64,000 bases of DNA, taken from contig CAMEJD010000005.1 in NCBI GenBank assembly GCA_945919375.1, positions 19,304 to 83,303 of the forward strand, written 5' to 3'. A model generated the notes under the pieces. The model did not search any database. It was not told the DNA's origin and worked only from the letters and a program-made list of their open reading frames with translations. This stretch comes from an uncultured Clostridia bacterium (GTDB lineage Bacteria; Bacillota; Clostridia; Christensenellales; UBA1242). The translations under genes and the position numbers were made by a program. This document shows, piece after piece, positions 25,901 to 30,049 of this stretch. How positions within the stretch are numbered: the stretch's first letter is position 1; every line of letters starts with the position of its first letter.

Positions 25901-27796
25901 CCCATTTTTTATTGCGATATAACTCAAATTGCCATCTTGGTTGTATGACAATTTCCCAACAGCAGATGAAACATAATTCATTAAATCAACATCAATGCCA
26001 ACATTTGTCAATCTTTCAATAACTTTGATATTTGCTTTGATTTGTTGACCGGACTCAAACTTAAATATCAATATTCCTTCGCCTACTGAATTTTTTGTTG
26101 CCGTTACATGAACTTTGTAAATTGCTCTATCGTCTTCTTTTGACTCCAATTGAACATTGCCAACACTAAATACCCCGTCACCACTAATTAGAACTGACAA
26201 ATTTTCAATTTCAATACTTGCAGGAGAAACCGCAAAGAATATATCCCTTTCATTTAGCAATTGTTCTTCTTGTTCTTCATTTTGTGTAGGTTTGTTTTCA
26301 AAGTAGAATGTTTTTTCACTTTCAATTGTGTCACCAGTAACAAAACCAAAACCTCTTACACCTTCTTTTAGGTTGAAATTGATTGTTTTTGTGACAACAT
26401 TTTCATTTTCGTCATTATTATTTGATATTGTCAAAGGAATGATTTTGTTTTCTTGACTTACTTTTGCAATAAGATAAAAAACCTTTCCACTTGCAAATTC
26501 AAACTTACCGTTAACAAATTGTCCGTTAAGTTCTGTTCCGTTTTCATCCATAATTGACATATATGCCAAATCTTGTGCATCAACAGAAAGAACAAAGTTT
26601 GAATTAACCGCTGTGAATGGGATTGCATCAAATCTTACTTTTAGACCTCTTGAATTGGAATAACTCGTGTACAAATTGAATTGGTCATTTGTCACATTAA
26701 CATCATTAACACTTACTTGGATTCCGGTTATTTCGTCATAAGCAGTAAGAGTTATAACTCCAACATTGTTACCTTGGTCATCAACTTTATCTTTTGTACT
26801 TGACTTGATTTCTGGGAAATCTGCATAAGATAATTCAAACCAAACCTTGTCCGTTATTGTTCCTATTTTTTGAGTTTGCAAAAAACCGAACTTAAAGGAA
26901 TATTCATAAACTTGATTTTGTGTGTCATTTAAAACAAATTGTTCATCAACATTAAGTCCCATATCTCCATATGCATATACCGGTTTTACATTGATGAGTT
27001 TGTTTGAAACTGCATAAGGTACAACAACTTTTAAAAGCAATTGATTTTTTCTTGGGTTATTTCTTGGAATATTGTATTCAAGTTTTGCATCAACATTATT
27101 ATCTTCTTTGATTTCAACCAAAGAAATATCAATTGACTTAACAACTTCAAAATGCAGAGTTGTTTTCACACTTTCATTATAAACGGAAATAACCTCGACA
27201 TCAATTCCTGTGGGAATAACATCAAGGTTTGGTTCAACGACCAAATAGTTATTAGCAATACTAACACCATCAATCTCGGAAGCGAGGGCATACTTTATTC
27301 CGGTTTGACTTGTTGCTTCTGGGAGCAATTCAACAAGGTCATTTGACAATTTGTAAATACCACCGCTTATTTTGTTGTATTCAAAATAATATGTATCTTT
27401 TTTGGAAACTATGGAAGAAATTGGAGAGGATGCCGAAACTCTAAAAGTTTTTGATACTTTTGCGCCTTTAACCAATACATCTACATTAAAACATTGATGA
27501 AGGGCTTTTACAGTTATTTCTGTAATTCCATCACCTTTGTATTTTGATGTAACGACAATATCCGAACTATCGTAATCAATAACAACTTCCTTTGTCTTTG
27601 CATCAGTTACAACTGCTTGCAAAGTGTCAGTGTCATCATTTTTGCCAAGGGTTATTTCGACATTAGTTTTGCTTAACTCAAGTTTCATATTATTATCATT
27701 TTCACAACCTGAAAGAACTGTGCCACCAAGCACAAGTAAAGCAAGACTAAATAATAAAATCCATTTTTTAAATTTTCGCATAGCTGTCTCCTCCAT
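7970..27796 (-). CDS. Giant surface lipoprotein, 6608 aa as tracked and about 6603 aa from the likelier start at 27781. It has Ig-like N-terminal modules, about seven blocks of GLUG-type repeats and a central hydrophobic helix cluster.
   Basis: Uninterrupted ORF in the track. N-terminus ..MRKFKKWILLFSLALLVLGGTVLSGC has a signal peptide and lipobox LSGC. GGAGGAG lies 7 nt upstream of the ATG at 27781. Dozens of motifs such as VGGIAGKNTGIIENC, VGGLVGLVKGES, IGGLVGYNKGDV and AGFVYENNGSITSS match what I recall of the Pfam GLUG motif. I noticed no LPXTG and no HEXXH or other catalytic motif by eye. Confidence 0.9.
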   Translation of the reverse strand: MEETAMRKFKKWILLFSLALLVLGGTVLSGCENDNNMKLELSKTNVEITLGKNDDTDTLQAVVTDAKTKEVVIDYDSSDIVVTSKYKGDGITEITVKALHQCFNVDVLVKGAKVSKTFRVSASSPISSIVSKKDTYYFEYNKISGGIYKLSNDLVELLPEATSQTGIKYALASEIDGVSIANNYLVVEPNLDVIPTGIDVEVISVYNESVKTTLHFEVVKSIDISLVEIKEDNNVDAKLEYNIPRNNPRKNQLLLKVVVPYAVSNKLINVKPVYAYGDMGLNVDEQFVLNDTQNQVYEYSFKFGFLQTQKIGTITDKVWFELSYADFPEIKSSTKDKVDDQGNNVGVITLTAYDEITGIQVSVNDVNVTNDQFNLYTSYSNSRGLKVRFDAIPFTAVNSNFVLSVDAQDLAYMSIMDENGTELNGQFVNGKFEFASGKVFYLIAKVSQENKIIPLTISNNNDENENVVTKTINFNLKEGVRGFGFVTGDTIESEKTFYFENKPTQNEEQEEQLLNERDIFFAVSPASIEIENLSVLISGDGVFSVGNVQLESKEDDRAIYKVHVTATKNSVGEGILIFKFESGQQIKANIKVIERLTNVGIDVDLMNYVSSAVGKLSYNQDGNLSYIAIKNGRMVPLKFTSNMTSNVLFEFFDRELSVNDDVYDENSDYVKFNGLNFQELNMSQSSDILSTEVLRSNDYLTTLKLGKVWVKATFVGSMLNENYELVPCEIDKYFLVEVYNPVQSLTISDRVIELYAYNEVGERNKALSKYTFTVKINDANSPATYDRVYFAESPDYESGIVVDENNPYEYFSPQYNDTQLVIEKLGNSYVVTANFRIEDSSNLIQMYIFANDIGGNLTHYVKEINFVIQQAQRVEQIIPTNVDVTNNEYNLYLSAKSISNEYNDNNFKIINDVLPENALVKDVSYIFYPENGTRNDIITISNDGLVSVTGEYGGKGTIVIVPTDAILLDKNGNTYYRENTPIARIYLTVADGKSRETSVRITDASQITNRDLHYTAISNLTVDTELFEKFNGGLYGQLSHSNFKATLTLNSHIFGEIGEDAVVADFDVVCSVTNGAGSIANVNNGKIDNVTIDSYSQENYSFVQNDSEYVGGVVGQNNGTISNVTFQGSVLGSNNLSVVGGIAGKNTGIIENCKVIFYDLKDGANQMSMQGQVYAGFVGEIAEKGTITKSYAYNFGKNNAIANDANIIGLVGKISSINAKITESFANLGVAQNIFGELSQNVDDKKVIKDCYITYKNNDSYEFTFYMTKQNGQTLTGTATDFNYIYNGVKFGNSETWLNNGDLQQNFGYPYLRDVKRIIPITASELSGLQIQRTNLSFKQDENNAILFVNKTVQTLTERENKALLQKNTISLLDLFGISGIYGLNIESNSNILTLTNGTLQVNNIGDAVLTISSKYDRSIDPVTINIKVIYNTNNFTISYNDYTLPSGYTIGLKKGTTQKFITSLDENIVLNQTKFSLQTSDFDVVFENKDDETKLNNVVGNKIGTHLISLNSDDDLNMSIYLRLNGLNDNFAKILKNNTLKTLTLKPLQGPNSIAISVKEVNMSASDSLEFQVNINSDVQDEQLACEIFDENGIKIFSQDSSSLMLNKSNELGLFNAYVYSCHTNNETTYYDLSIELNKEKLSLIDSAYYIVRFYAGNIYSSVYVDLKIVVIDQEIIRIDINNYSYRETSKVVGGERYNYYPTNTISTTKPSLLDVMIYPSYANFEYITVTSQPVNGQKLALLSMRKGDEEGDSSAYFVDKLMNFEFIENGVKIFKKNSNLNNDISRFYVRALASSDIKTNTIFDIYINVYNKDNIIVYTQVYSLLVNPPVTPGLSIDGESGTYFALLGDTLTVQVIKDKSQTLKNNYKLSAVVDGKEVDTGFGTILFNNDWQDIDATYEKGTFTVTLSETSFKDVTMIVETSRVINGIEETLTSQMLIYIIPFDFDIENTAIKNSNSKDKAFGDIYFEHELDFDFAGKYTKYGQKQFEYFISNNYCYSNSQNGFGVNKTLGNSSKAKVLRSNLYYVNGDTKTPIYNSTTNKYIENNIVEFSEVGEGTDAVLHYIGKTIGSQKMLLELPVQMPDGNRTIYKYYFTIEIKAELNDDEPVQIFTADEFLEKFNAESEEHYILMRDIRLYEYTPIASTASIASLDGNGYTISIVSFAQGVTNFTLFENVETNTLLKNIRLNIYNIGTINIDSSQTSEINVAPMAINNNGIITNSEVVNYFDVSADIRQQSTGILISTDSTTKVTAKTAGFVMYNNGTITNSRVGGTKLDVYKVDKSGSVKDIKYRYSYGGNSSNYDLPVFTINSFGEIAGFVYENNGSITSSFASNVRIINNSQINYTTITSGFVINNNGTISMSYSKGVKALETDIHATRFGIETSGIASGFVYQNKGNVSDCYSNINLTNLQNNPGRSSAGFVYSNTQGGKVKNALSLSRIISSTTTQMNFSGVDELGNYISDKDSITNSYYYDQVALESDSISFQKAYGESATSVSSVIIEEYFYGFNFATTYNDGIWKMTTQGPDLVSANDIAVSLRYTSKESENLSKPKTAYVDNFAYGSINNPILIRNAKDFNEAFSGTANKSVDRFVDDSTKTIAFGNYRLIDNIDLHDLATGSEKYDLTSSVKTLSGSYNTRATGKLDGNGFTISNFALTDSGNNKSLDSFGLFSRLEGGALVINLNVVVGDQNNEKEIFGIEAKNIENVGTIAGQIIDSKIINVNISALNKADNVTIRGKNIVGGLVGLVKGESHLFNDTVENINVTSAYYTTSIKTIGEIDTFNKYLRFGDNSTISYAGGIAGVIDYYTAQTKDNYKFTEVTVISNATGVALKNVGNMVVTGGTVGGISGYIGPQTTMQDIQFMPYSKSILDYSKQGLYSYNGFAGGIAGINKGYLRQVKSENDNVNIFDIENNLTLQELIEKNSLSYYTEENGIHNYENSTIELGNKDLFYNSNYNPIAVGGLVGLQESGKIEKSYSKLNVVNTNSSVAGGIIGIVNILSGDDDATKLTEVYATGDVRAKEYTAGVVGRDLNTDTAKTTILERVNALNLWGSWIFDSNKNGIDPIINNEKDGSSTSKSRISDSYRLDQNYGFANDPTSANAWEGIKETQADVNTKYAEGYEFGEYFDYIFFANNWDANSWQRDTDELYPHMVFGYFDKTIKIKNQRDLEKLRTSVSSGKVTYIIEPDNSPENVHIGKEHYIGITRYIAPIVGFSNVLRGGEDPESTYGFIYKTDQTRALFETTLGATLSNFVVKYSDGIKQSSSLNSTSVLVRTANNTSFNSLTFSGINIEEYNTGNLNVGVLCAVAKGSCKFNNITFESCQINIKSSPNKINTGLLFGEGKLSYDSNSLINVSVNNSKINFANEYLGNDSNKSYIGLVIGNVQSILNNDSKSISIEITNKRDNQVILGEGKTNPIFKNISIGAFLGGVEYAEVSVANSNTNLDGKKEVVLPELIIPSIQDSRIGGVAGESRKCSFTNVSFIPSIEIGGITFQNNNFGGVVGESVESSFRNIVIGNYEQKDGNKSTNKGSITINNISKTNNIGFVVGKLENGQVFDVKVYANLSLKLANNKTQGQKLYIGGIAGYLDNSIVNATSKQESENDQASVSRVYGDIDLTLPQKTEYSYDINLGGAFGFVKNSKVFNCYTTGDMRVDSKNNEKNLVVLYTSGLIAYMQDELGKDASVVSNNISAGSIYPNYEQTTNNDNVSIKYDMYQSFVYGGIVGKIESEVANHTISNNYSISTLYNKADNRIGKDGTSINAIIGEGIVDDKSVQNKYSNVYTLCTDEHTSATENMKLADLLNNSIKGKLNPKVKDSEYFIEGTKVNYATRLPSAKTKEIEVSKQYIYLGTDIIELSETTPITLKNSAIVGDGAILKLDSSKGQTKNMAPFGTIDSDSFVSGIVTTSLINNITSISTGANGIPSASGFAYKNQGIIYSCNAGNRNGTTLAESINRGYVTSKGYAAGFVDTNDGLIKNCFTYLDVSSTYKGVSSSSEKESANITLAGFARNNDGYIVTSFATGTVDNSTKKEDEDNNGLVYAFAPGKVYGSYTIAKISDEGKLKTITLKDKRFAFDENETTNSYYDKFAIEANISDDNNSLGKPTDSMAVSYANTNDSVDSYYGDFAIDKNYAFGYGSFSNVSYKNIDYMKFATGTGEETNPYRVPNLGKLKQLPENAQYTTLAYFVLDNNMDGEYISSGRKNLLNWTSKDISNVNLDGRKFDYYQKNINEQFVIANMTCNKGGIFSNIQNSTINNVIFDNVIVNNVTSISSLGLLANSISEKTKITNVTMVINVKTLSSSLGSVNGIENDRPYCLGLIVGECNVKEDANTTPNGILNCTIQLKSNGDGDANIELKPNINWIFGGAVGVLNSGRVSAISFISGSSEKGNGLSQISIQFAEGSALTGKTYIVGGIVGQQKGGKIYDAFVGCDLHIFDNIKNNNADQTLYAGGIVGKSESGEISNCYTNEVSIVAGNHVEFLETYAGGISGYGGTIKNCKNLASVNSQAAYYYRSFLTYEVEKETTMSESQLETDGYKKDPDTGAYIKRDDTNENVIGYAVKNDSGSYDVFTDDAKFNEDNIKESIDGELNRNNGFTRTKSQFGIKTYVNSNKFQEYYNYYKKGEWFDSYSKLLYTRIQQKAYSAGIANSYNSIENSLNLSQDIHGGMDSMNIHSVYDAEIWRFATRISITAAVITGLDTAHDLAAIIPVQSISKPIMATCLIAGIAATSLAMAFSFPLYERYFAGNGYEYLNNKDLYYIGNQYNNSGVNVSSVKTYVTGYNFNLTSEFETLGISVLSKAGTAILKKVISLITAGKVGVIGTNIALVVPNAIDVAANIVPQLITIDDWVFPIGWAQPVDSGAITPDKLKEISQNKNYTLNTLSYGGKDYYNSDSLNVYDVYFDPIGFPANGGKLTNTMSKYQMYKGIEVAGKNYYGLFDNSTYTNEEGKEQNVFEAFNVVYNDKNTISKLTTAASDSEIENAFGTQGDWEKVNDEWKLTNEIKKADIKDLLENVKVSGKDVIITIDNENTNVQPYELYNKAVELINNIDKTGYIENQQDAQTTIKLTSIKSINRTERRFIINVNAKVVGAQYALGTEEYPFNGKIVGAGQYSLTQMQFTEIAIPSLIDYAGDVEIENLKFSYTSNNKNISLDNNKNVGGLVGNVQDGGKVIIDNVNVTYSLQDYKIDTKGNTKSGKYPNSIGGLVGYNKGDVTIINSNIAKLNIDLNGYEYKDLINANSGHLGIGGFVGTNVGSLTVQDSEINDMQISARYSFNNIFGGLVGSNLGNIAEISNVTIGNYKKSVIDAESNQENIYVGGAFGYQNGNVELMSTVSIALKGIYAQTSNKNATTYAGGFVGFVDTNSKFKDVENVYVGKQETSIDDSGKYYQRMLIYSGIGGSSYANKAYADDIIGNRNNNGIVGTLSSSIKVNTKSLSLAKFTYNRVPQKANNVDSKKLLSDSSILNNTNLYYEETYQRSSTKLGISKQTVLSGYIKVDAYEYSSESFSGTNSNAYVNGEQYTSYNYHKAYLVNVIHMDRLSFESTINSKKQGEDRYEFTEVLYKVELKGEPSKDGEFSMDKNVGISLIAYNGYITDIDIYENYKTQAYPITDRYESYLPKSVDRHLFKVDESKLPKEDDDNSKFEDDNYEYETPFVSCGYEGVDTTTAFKNKFAYLDELNNQIKCSFSITDSTMVSSEMKESTQYTYKTIEFAVEDNRFKATISFDKTMVKDENVTISSESIIREIPYIYSTDDSNKIVYELQETMQDCFGDVTYEHFDMRYDIGNKTMAYNILPKHEQTVKNETSFKTYMSKEFNMDSGSRVRIAIISQRKRDSDGNSGYKVVDYVYLIKDSITYYMGTTTYNLAFDDNDNETRNSLERNELFVPVNATNCENNLLPLNECKEADTCEIVNSYVQKDIYYFVNVKNEIMKEVVTKEFSAIYTFTIGQFGIKLTLTKNILNSDEKTDSNPISNYNNYDIYYQRGEDGRESGKYSINDYSVTEKDNSKVIVVSYTDNTVHPNVKTTITFTYEYDNNEISLIEKVENGSHEVIYKSSYTTIGKLSYRVSGNTIFYKFEGNEQEYTLLGQYDVTYNNNLYTFTNKDSDAKIKNFIIDENKKLVSVVYKQFDFYVKEDYTSNIISISKNSLFTDVLQVARDMQAILITQFDGKEFSSNTFITQNNNVPNPYYSLNVNNALSSSEIQKFSSNLEKIQLTIVENIYVYAINDNLKIYKNANPIYEKNNITSGLAINNVTKSKSGDVQWVEVDYGTSKIKIDIESGKEFIGYEESSLTTKYDSSIKVNYETYKYQDSTIFDITNYQKIEIESKDVTLETLIPIEKSSGIRYAIKTSTNEYYLLNGGYRLSSKVSNSGISITEKTYEIFGGVTGTFDYISVDVTYKTNDHEYSIKQNLMVQVGEIKSSLSQSSLDTKPGLNIEGSKYVEKSKNVTLKNLTDDGYEKLKDGNGKDVVDSNGNYIYIKNITDENDDIVATNRAVGKGNSENDVYILYEQVKQTTKITQIVRSVQGSSSDITITDILKMEVYNDNASKPEIKNPKYIYKIKTAQKNIYDAITVVETDTSIFQSEYFIEDKHQTESWAYYITVGGENIFGIDITRPEI

Positions 27797-27853
27797 AGTA
27801 TTTTTATCAAACTATTGAAAAATATTATAATATTATTATAATATCTTAATGCA

Positions 27854-27882
27854 AGTATATATTTTAATCAATTGCAAGTCAA
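27854..27882 (-). promoter_or_regulatory. Candidate sigma-A-type promoter of the giant operon: TTGACT-N17-TATACT.
   Basis: On the reverse strand the -35 TTGACT is at 27882-27877 and the -10 TATACT at 27859-27854, with a 17-nt spacer. It lies about 70 nt upstream of the start codon. AT-rich DNA produces such matches by chance. Confidence 0.3.
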
Positions 27883-28037
27883 CTATTTTATGTCGAAATT
27901 TAAACAAAATTATTTTTTTTACATTTTTTTATTGTCAGAATATTAAAATAAATTCAATATTTAATTAAAATAAATAATTGAAAAAAAATAAACATATTTT
28001 AACAAGTTAAAATATGAATATTAGGAAAAATTATTTT

Positions 28038-28289
28038 TTAATTATTTTTTAATTTTAAATATTTTTGTTTTGTTGACTGTCCACCTCGAATATGTTTTTC
28101 GGAAAAATTTTTATCCAATATTATTTGTATTTTTTCAAACAATTGATAATTTATTTTTTTTAATTTTTTATGTATGTCATTATGCACTGTGCTTTTTGAA
28201 TAATTAAATACCTTTGCAGTTTGTCTTATTGTTGCATTATTGTCCAAAATATAAGTTGCAAAATTTAACACTCTATCATAATTTTTCAC
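28038..28289 (-). CDS. spoIIID: Sporulation stage III transcriptional regulator SpoIIID.
   Basis: 83 aa. The motifs ..YSKSTVHNDI.. and ..RGGQSTKQKY.. match B. subtilis SpoIIID (VSKSTVHKDL, RGGEATKLKY) as I recall it. Size and HTH position fit. Confidence 0.9.
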   Translation of the reverse strand: MKNYDRVLNFATYILDNNATIRQTAKVFNYSKSTVHNDIHKKLKKINYQLFEKIQIILDKNFSEKHIRGGQSTKQKYLKLKNN

Positions 28290-28307
28290 TCCACACCCCC
28301 ATACAAA

Positions 28308-28334
28308 AACATATGAAAGTCCTGCAAAAATTAT
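28308..28334 (-). promoter_or_regulatory. Possible mother-cell (sigma-E/K-like) promoter for spoIIID: ATA-N16-CATATGTT.
   Basis: The reverse strand reads tcATAatttttgcaggactttCATATGTT about 30 nt upstream of the spoIIID ATG. It loosely fits the recalled sigma-E consensus ATA-16/18-CATACA-T. Confidence 0.2.
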
Positions 28335-28435
28335 GACTACTTTTGTCGAAATTTGACAGTTTTATATATAAAAAAATCCCCATAAAATTATGAGAATTTT
28401 TTATATTTTTATTAAGCAATTAAAAACCGTCAACA

Positions 28436-28468
28436 ATATAAAACCAAGAAAATGTGATTATTTTCTTG
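28436..28468 (-). terminator. Hairpin overlapping the acpP stop codon, a putative intrinsic terminator.
   Basis: The reverse-strand RNA forms CAAGAAAAU-aaucac-AUUUUCUUG followed by GGUUUUAUAUUG. Confidence 0.35.
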
Positions 28469-28685
28469 CGTCAATATAATCAACAATTGATTTAATTGTG
28501 TTAAGATTTACTGCATCTTCATCTGGAATTTGAATACCAAATTCATCTTCAACAGTCATAAGCATTTCAACTGTATCCAAAGAGTCTGCTCCCAAATCTT
28601 CAATCAAACGAGAATCTTCGGTTATTTTGCTTTCATCAATAGAAAGTTGTTCTGCAATCAATTTTTTAACTTTATCAAATGTCAT
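28458..28685 (-). CDS. acpP: Acyl carrier protein.
   Basis: It carries the phosphopantetheine-site motif DLGADSLDTVEML. The likely start is the ATG at 28685 (MTFDKV..), which has GGAGG 5 nt upstream. The tracked start at 28697 is probably too long. Confidence 0.85.
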   Translation of the reverse strand: MTFDKVKKLIAEQLSIDESKITEDSRLIEDLGADSLDTVEMLMTVEDEFGIQIPDEDAVNLNTIKSIVDYIDARK

Positions 28686-28704
28686 AACGTCCTCCACTAT
28701 GCAT

Positions 28705-28734
28705 ATAATACCAAATTTTATACTGCATTGTAAA
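28705..28734 (-). promoter_or_regulatory. Candidate promoter for acpP: TTTACA-N18-TGgTATTAT (extended -10).
   Basis: On the reverse strand TTTACA is at 28734-28729 and TATTAT at 28710-28705, preceded by TGg. Confidence 0.35.
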
Positions 28735-28757
28735 GTATTTTTTTGTCAATATCCAGC

Positions 28758-28798
28758 AAAGAAAAAATGTTATCTTGCCTAGATAACATTTTTCTTTC
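28758..28798 (-). terminator. Long hairpin immediately after the M23 gene stop, a putative terminator.
   Basis: AAAGAAAAAATGTTATCT / AGATAACATTTTTCTTT arms form at least 13 bp around a 5-nt loop. The 3' arm on the reverse strand is U-rich. Confidence 0.5.
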
Positions 28799-29383
28799 TT
28801 ACTTGTTTTCCAATGACAAATAGTTTGCCGGGTCAACTTTTTGATTATCTTTGTAAAGTTCAAAGTGTAAGTGATTCCCTGCTTTTGATTCATTTGCACT
28901 GCTTTGTGATATTGTTCCAATTTTTGTACCTTTTGTTACTTTATCAGTTGCCTGCACACATACATTTTCGGCAAGAGAGCAGTATTTACTAACAAACCCG
29001 TTGCTATGCTTTATTGTAATACATGTGCCATCTTCGTAATTTGTTTCAACCTTTGCAATCACACCATCAAGCACTGCAAACACATCAAGATTGTCTTGAC
29101 TTGTTGAGATTAAGTCAACACCTTTGTGACTTTCCCATTGTTTTAGTGTTTCATTGTACATAAGTTCTGTGTCACTATACCATTTTAAAACACTTGGCGA
29201 AGAAATTGGTAATCCAAAAACGACAGGCTGTGTGTCTGTTGGGACATTTGCTTCTTGACTTGGCTTTTTGGCTGATGTAAACACAACGCTTAATGTTATG
29301 CCTAAAATTAAAACAAAAGCAAGCGCATAATACCCATATCTTTTTACAATGCTAGTAAATTTTCCTTTTTCGTTATTTTCCAT
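28799..29383 (-). CDS. Membrane-anchored M23 (LytM) peptidase-domain protein. It is SpoIIQ-like by position next to spoIIID.
   Basis: HKGVD (HxxxD) and HLHFE (HxH) M23 metal ligands are present. It has one N-terminal TM helix (YYALAFVLILGITLSVVF). The likely start is the ATG at 29383 (MENNEKG..), preceded by GGAGG. I recall spoIIQ-spoIIID adjacency in clostridia. Confidence 0.7.
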   Translation of the reverse strand: MENNEKGKFTSIVKRYGYYALAFVLILGITLSVVFTSAKKPSQEANVPTDTQPVVFGLPISSPSVLKWYSDTELMYNETLKQWESHKGVDLISTSQDNLDVFAVLDGVIAKVETNYEDGTCITIKHSNGFVSKYCSLAENVCVQATDKVTKGTKIGTISQSSANESKAGNHLHFELYKDNQKVDPANYLSLENK

Positions 29384-29460
29384 TTTTACCTCCACAATGG
29401 TTATTGACAAATTTTTTGGTATTATACATAAAAGTTAAAAAATTTTTAGTGTAATAATTT

Positions 29461-29913
29461 TTAGTAACTTCCAAGTAGCAATGGGAATCCAATATATACT
29501 TTGTTGTCACTTAAATACCCTTGCACGTTTGTCTTTTTACCATCAATATTAAGTGAGCAATCAAAGTAGTTTGTGTATCCAATAAAATCACATCTTGTTT
29601 TTGCGGTGGTTTTTATCTTGAGATTTTTTATCACGTTTTCAAAAGTATTGTCATCTCCGCTAAAGATAAATGTTACACCGGCGATATCTTTGCAATCTTT
29701 TTTTATTTTTTTGTATTGCGAGTAATCACAAAAAATAATTGCACCCATTCCATTTTTAACAAAATCATAATTTGACAAATGCTCGTAATTTTGATTAGAA
29801 ACAAAAACTTGCACACTCAAATTATCTTCTTTTGAAAAATCATATTCCTTTTTAAACAATGATATGCTAACCAAAAAACTACACAACAAACACAACACAA
29901 TAAATTTTTTCAT
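29461..29913 (-). CDS. Small secreted or membrane-anchored hypothetical protein.
   Basis: 150-aa ORF with N-terminal signal-like MKKFIVLCLLCSFLVSISL. I recognised no family. Confidence 0.55.
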   Translation of the reverse strand: MKKFIVLCLLCSFLVSISLFKKEYDFSKEDNLSVQVFVSNQNYEHLSNYDFVKNGMGAIIFCDYSQYKKIKKDCKDIAGVTFIFSGDDNTFENVIKNLKIKTTAKTRCDFIGYTNYFDCSLNIDGKKTNVQGYLSDNKVYIGFPLLLGSY

Positions 29914-29968
29914 ATATAATTTATTGACTCAACGTATCTTTTTAAACATTTCAAAATTATAATTTATG

Positions 29969-30016
29969 CAAAAAATAAAGCAAAAAACTGACTTTTTCAG
30001 ATTTTTTGCTTTATTT
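29969..30016 (-). terminator. Intrinsic terminator after the 399-aa gene.
   Basis: ATAAAGCAAAAAACTGA-ctttt-TCAGATTTTTTGCTTTAT hairpin with a U-tract on the reverse strand. Confidence 0.5.
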
Positions 30017-30049
30017 TTATATGTTTTTTAATTTTTGCTTATTATTTTA

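Noticed and set aside
8249-27818. About 30 short ORFs on both strands inside the 6608-aa gene (for example 17682-18110 at 142 aa, 16927-17274 at 115 aa, 14401-14694 and 21487-21717).
   Set aside because: They are embedded antisense or in an alternative frame within a continuous 19.8 kb ORF. They have no RBS and no recognisable motifs, and their composition is an artefact of AT-rich repetitive coding DNA.
27905-27940. T8 and T7 homopolymer runs upstream of the giant operon (and A7 between the two giant genes at 7936-7942), considered as phase-variation tracts.
   Set aside because: The runs are short, typical of AT-rich intergenic DNA, and lie outside the candidate -35/-10 spacer. I noticed no long homopolymer early in the coding sequences.
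28530-28920. ORFs 28530-28733 (+) and 28675-28920 (-) around acpP and the M23 gene.
   Set aside because: They overlap clearly recognisable genes (acpP and the M23 peptidase) and span promoter and terminator elements. They carry no motifs.
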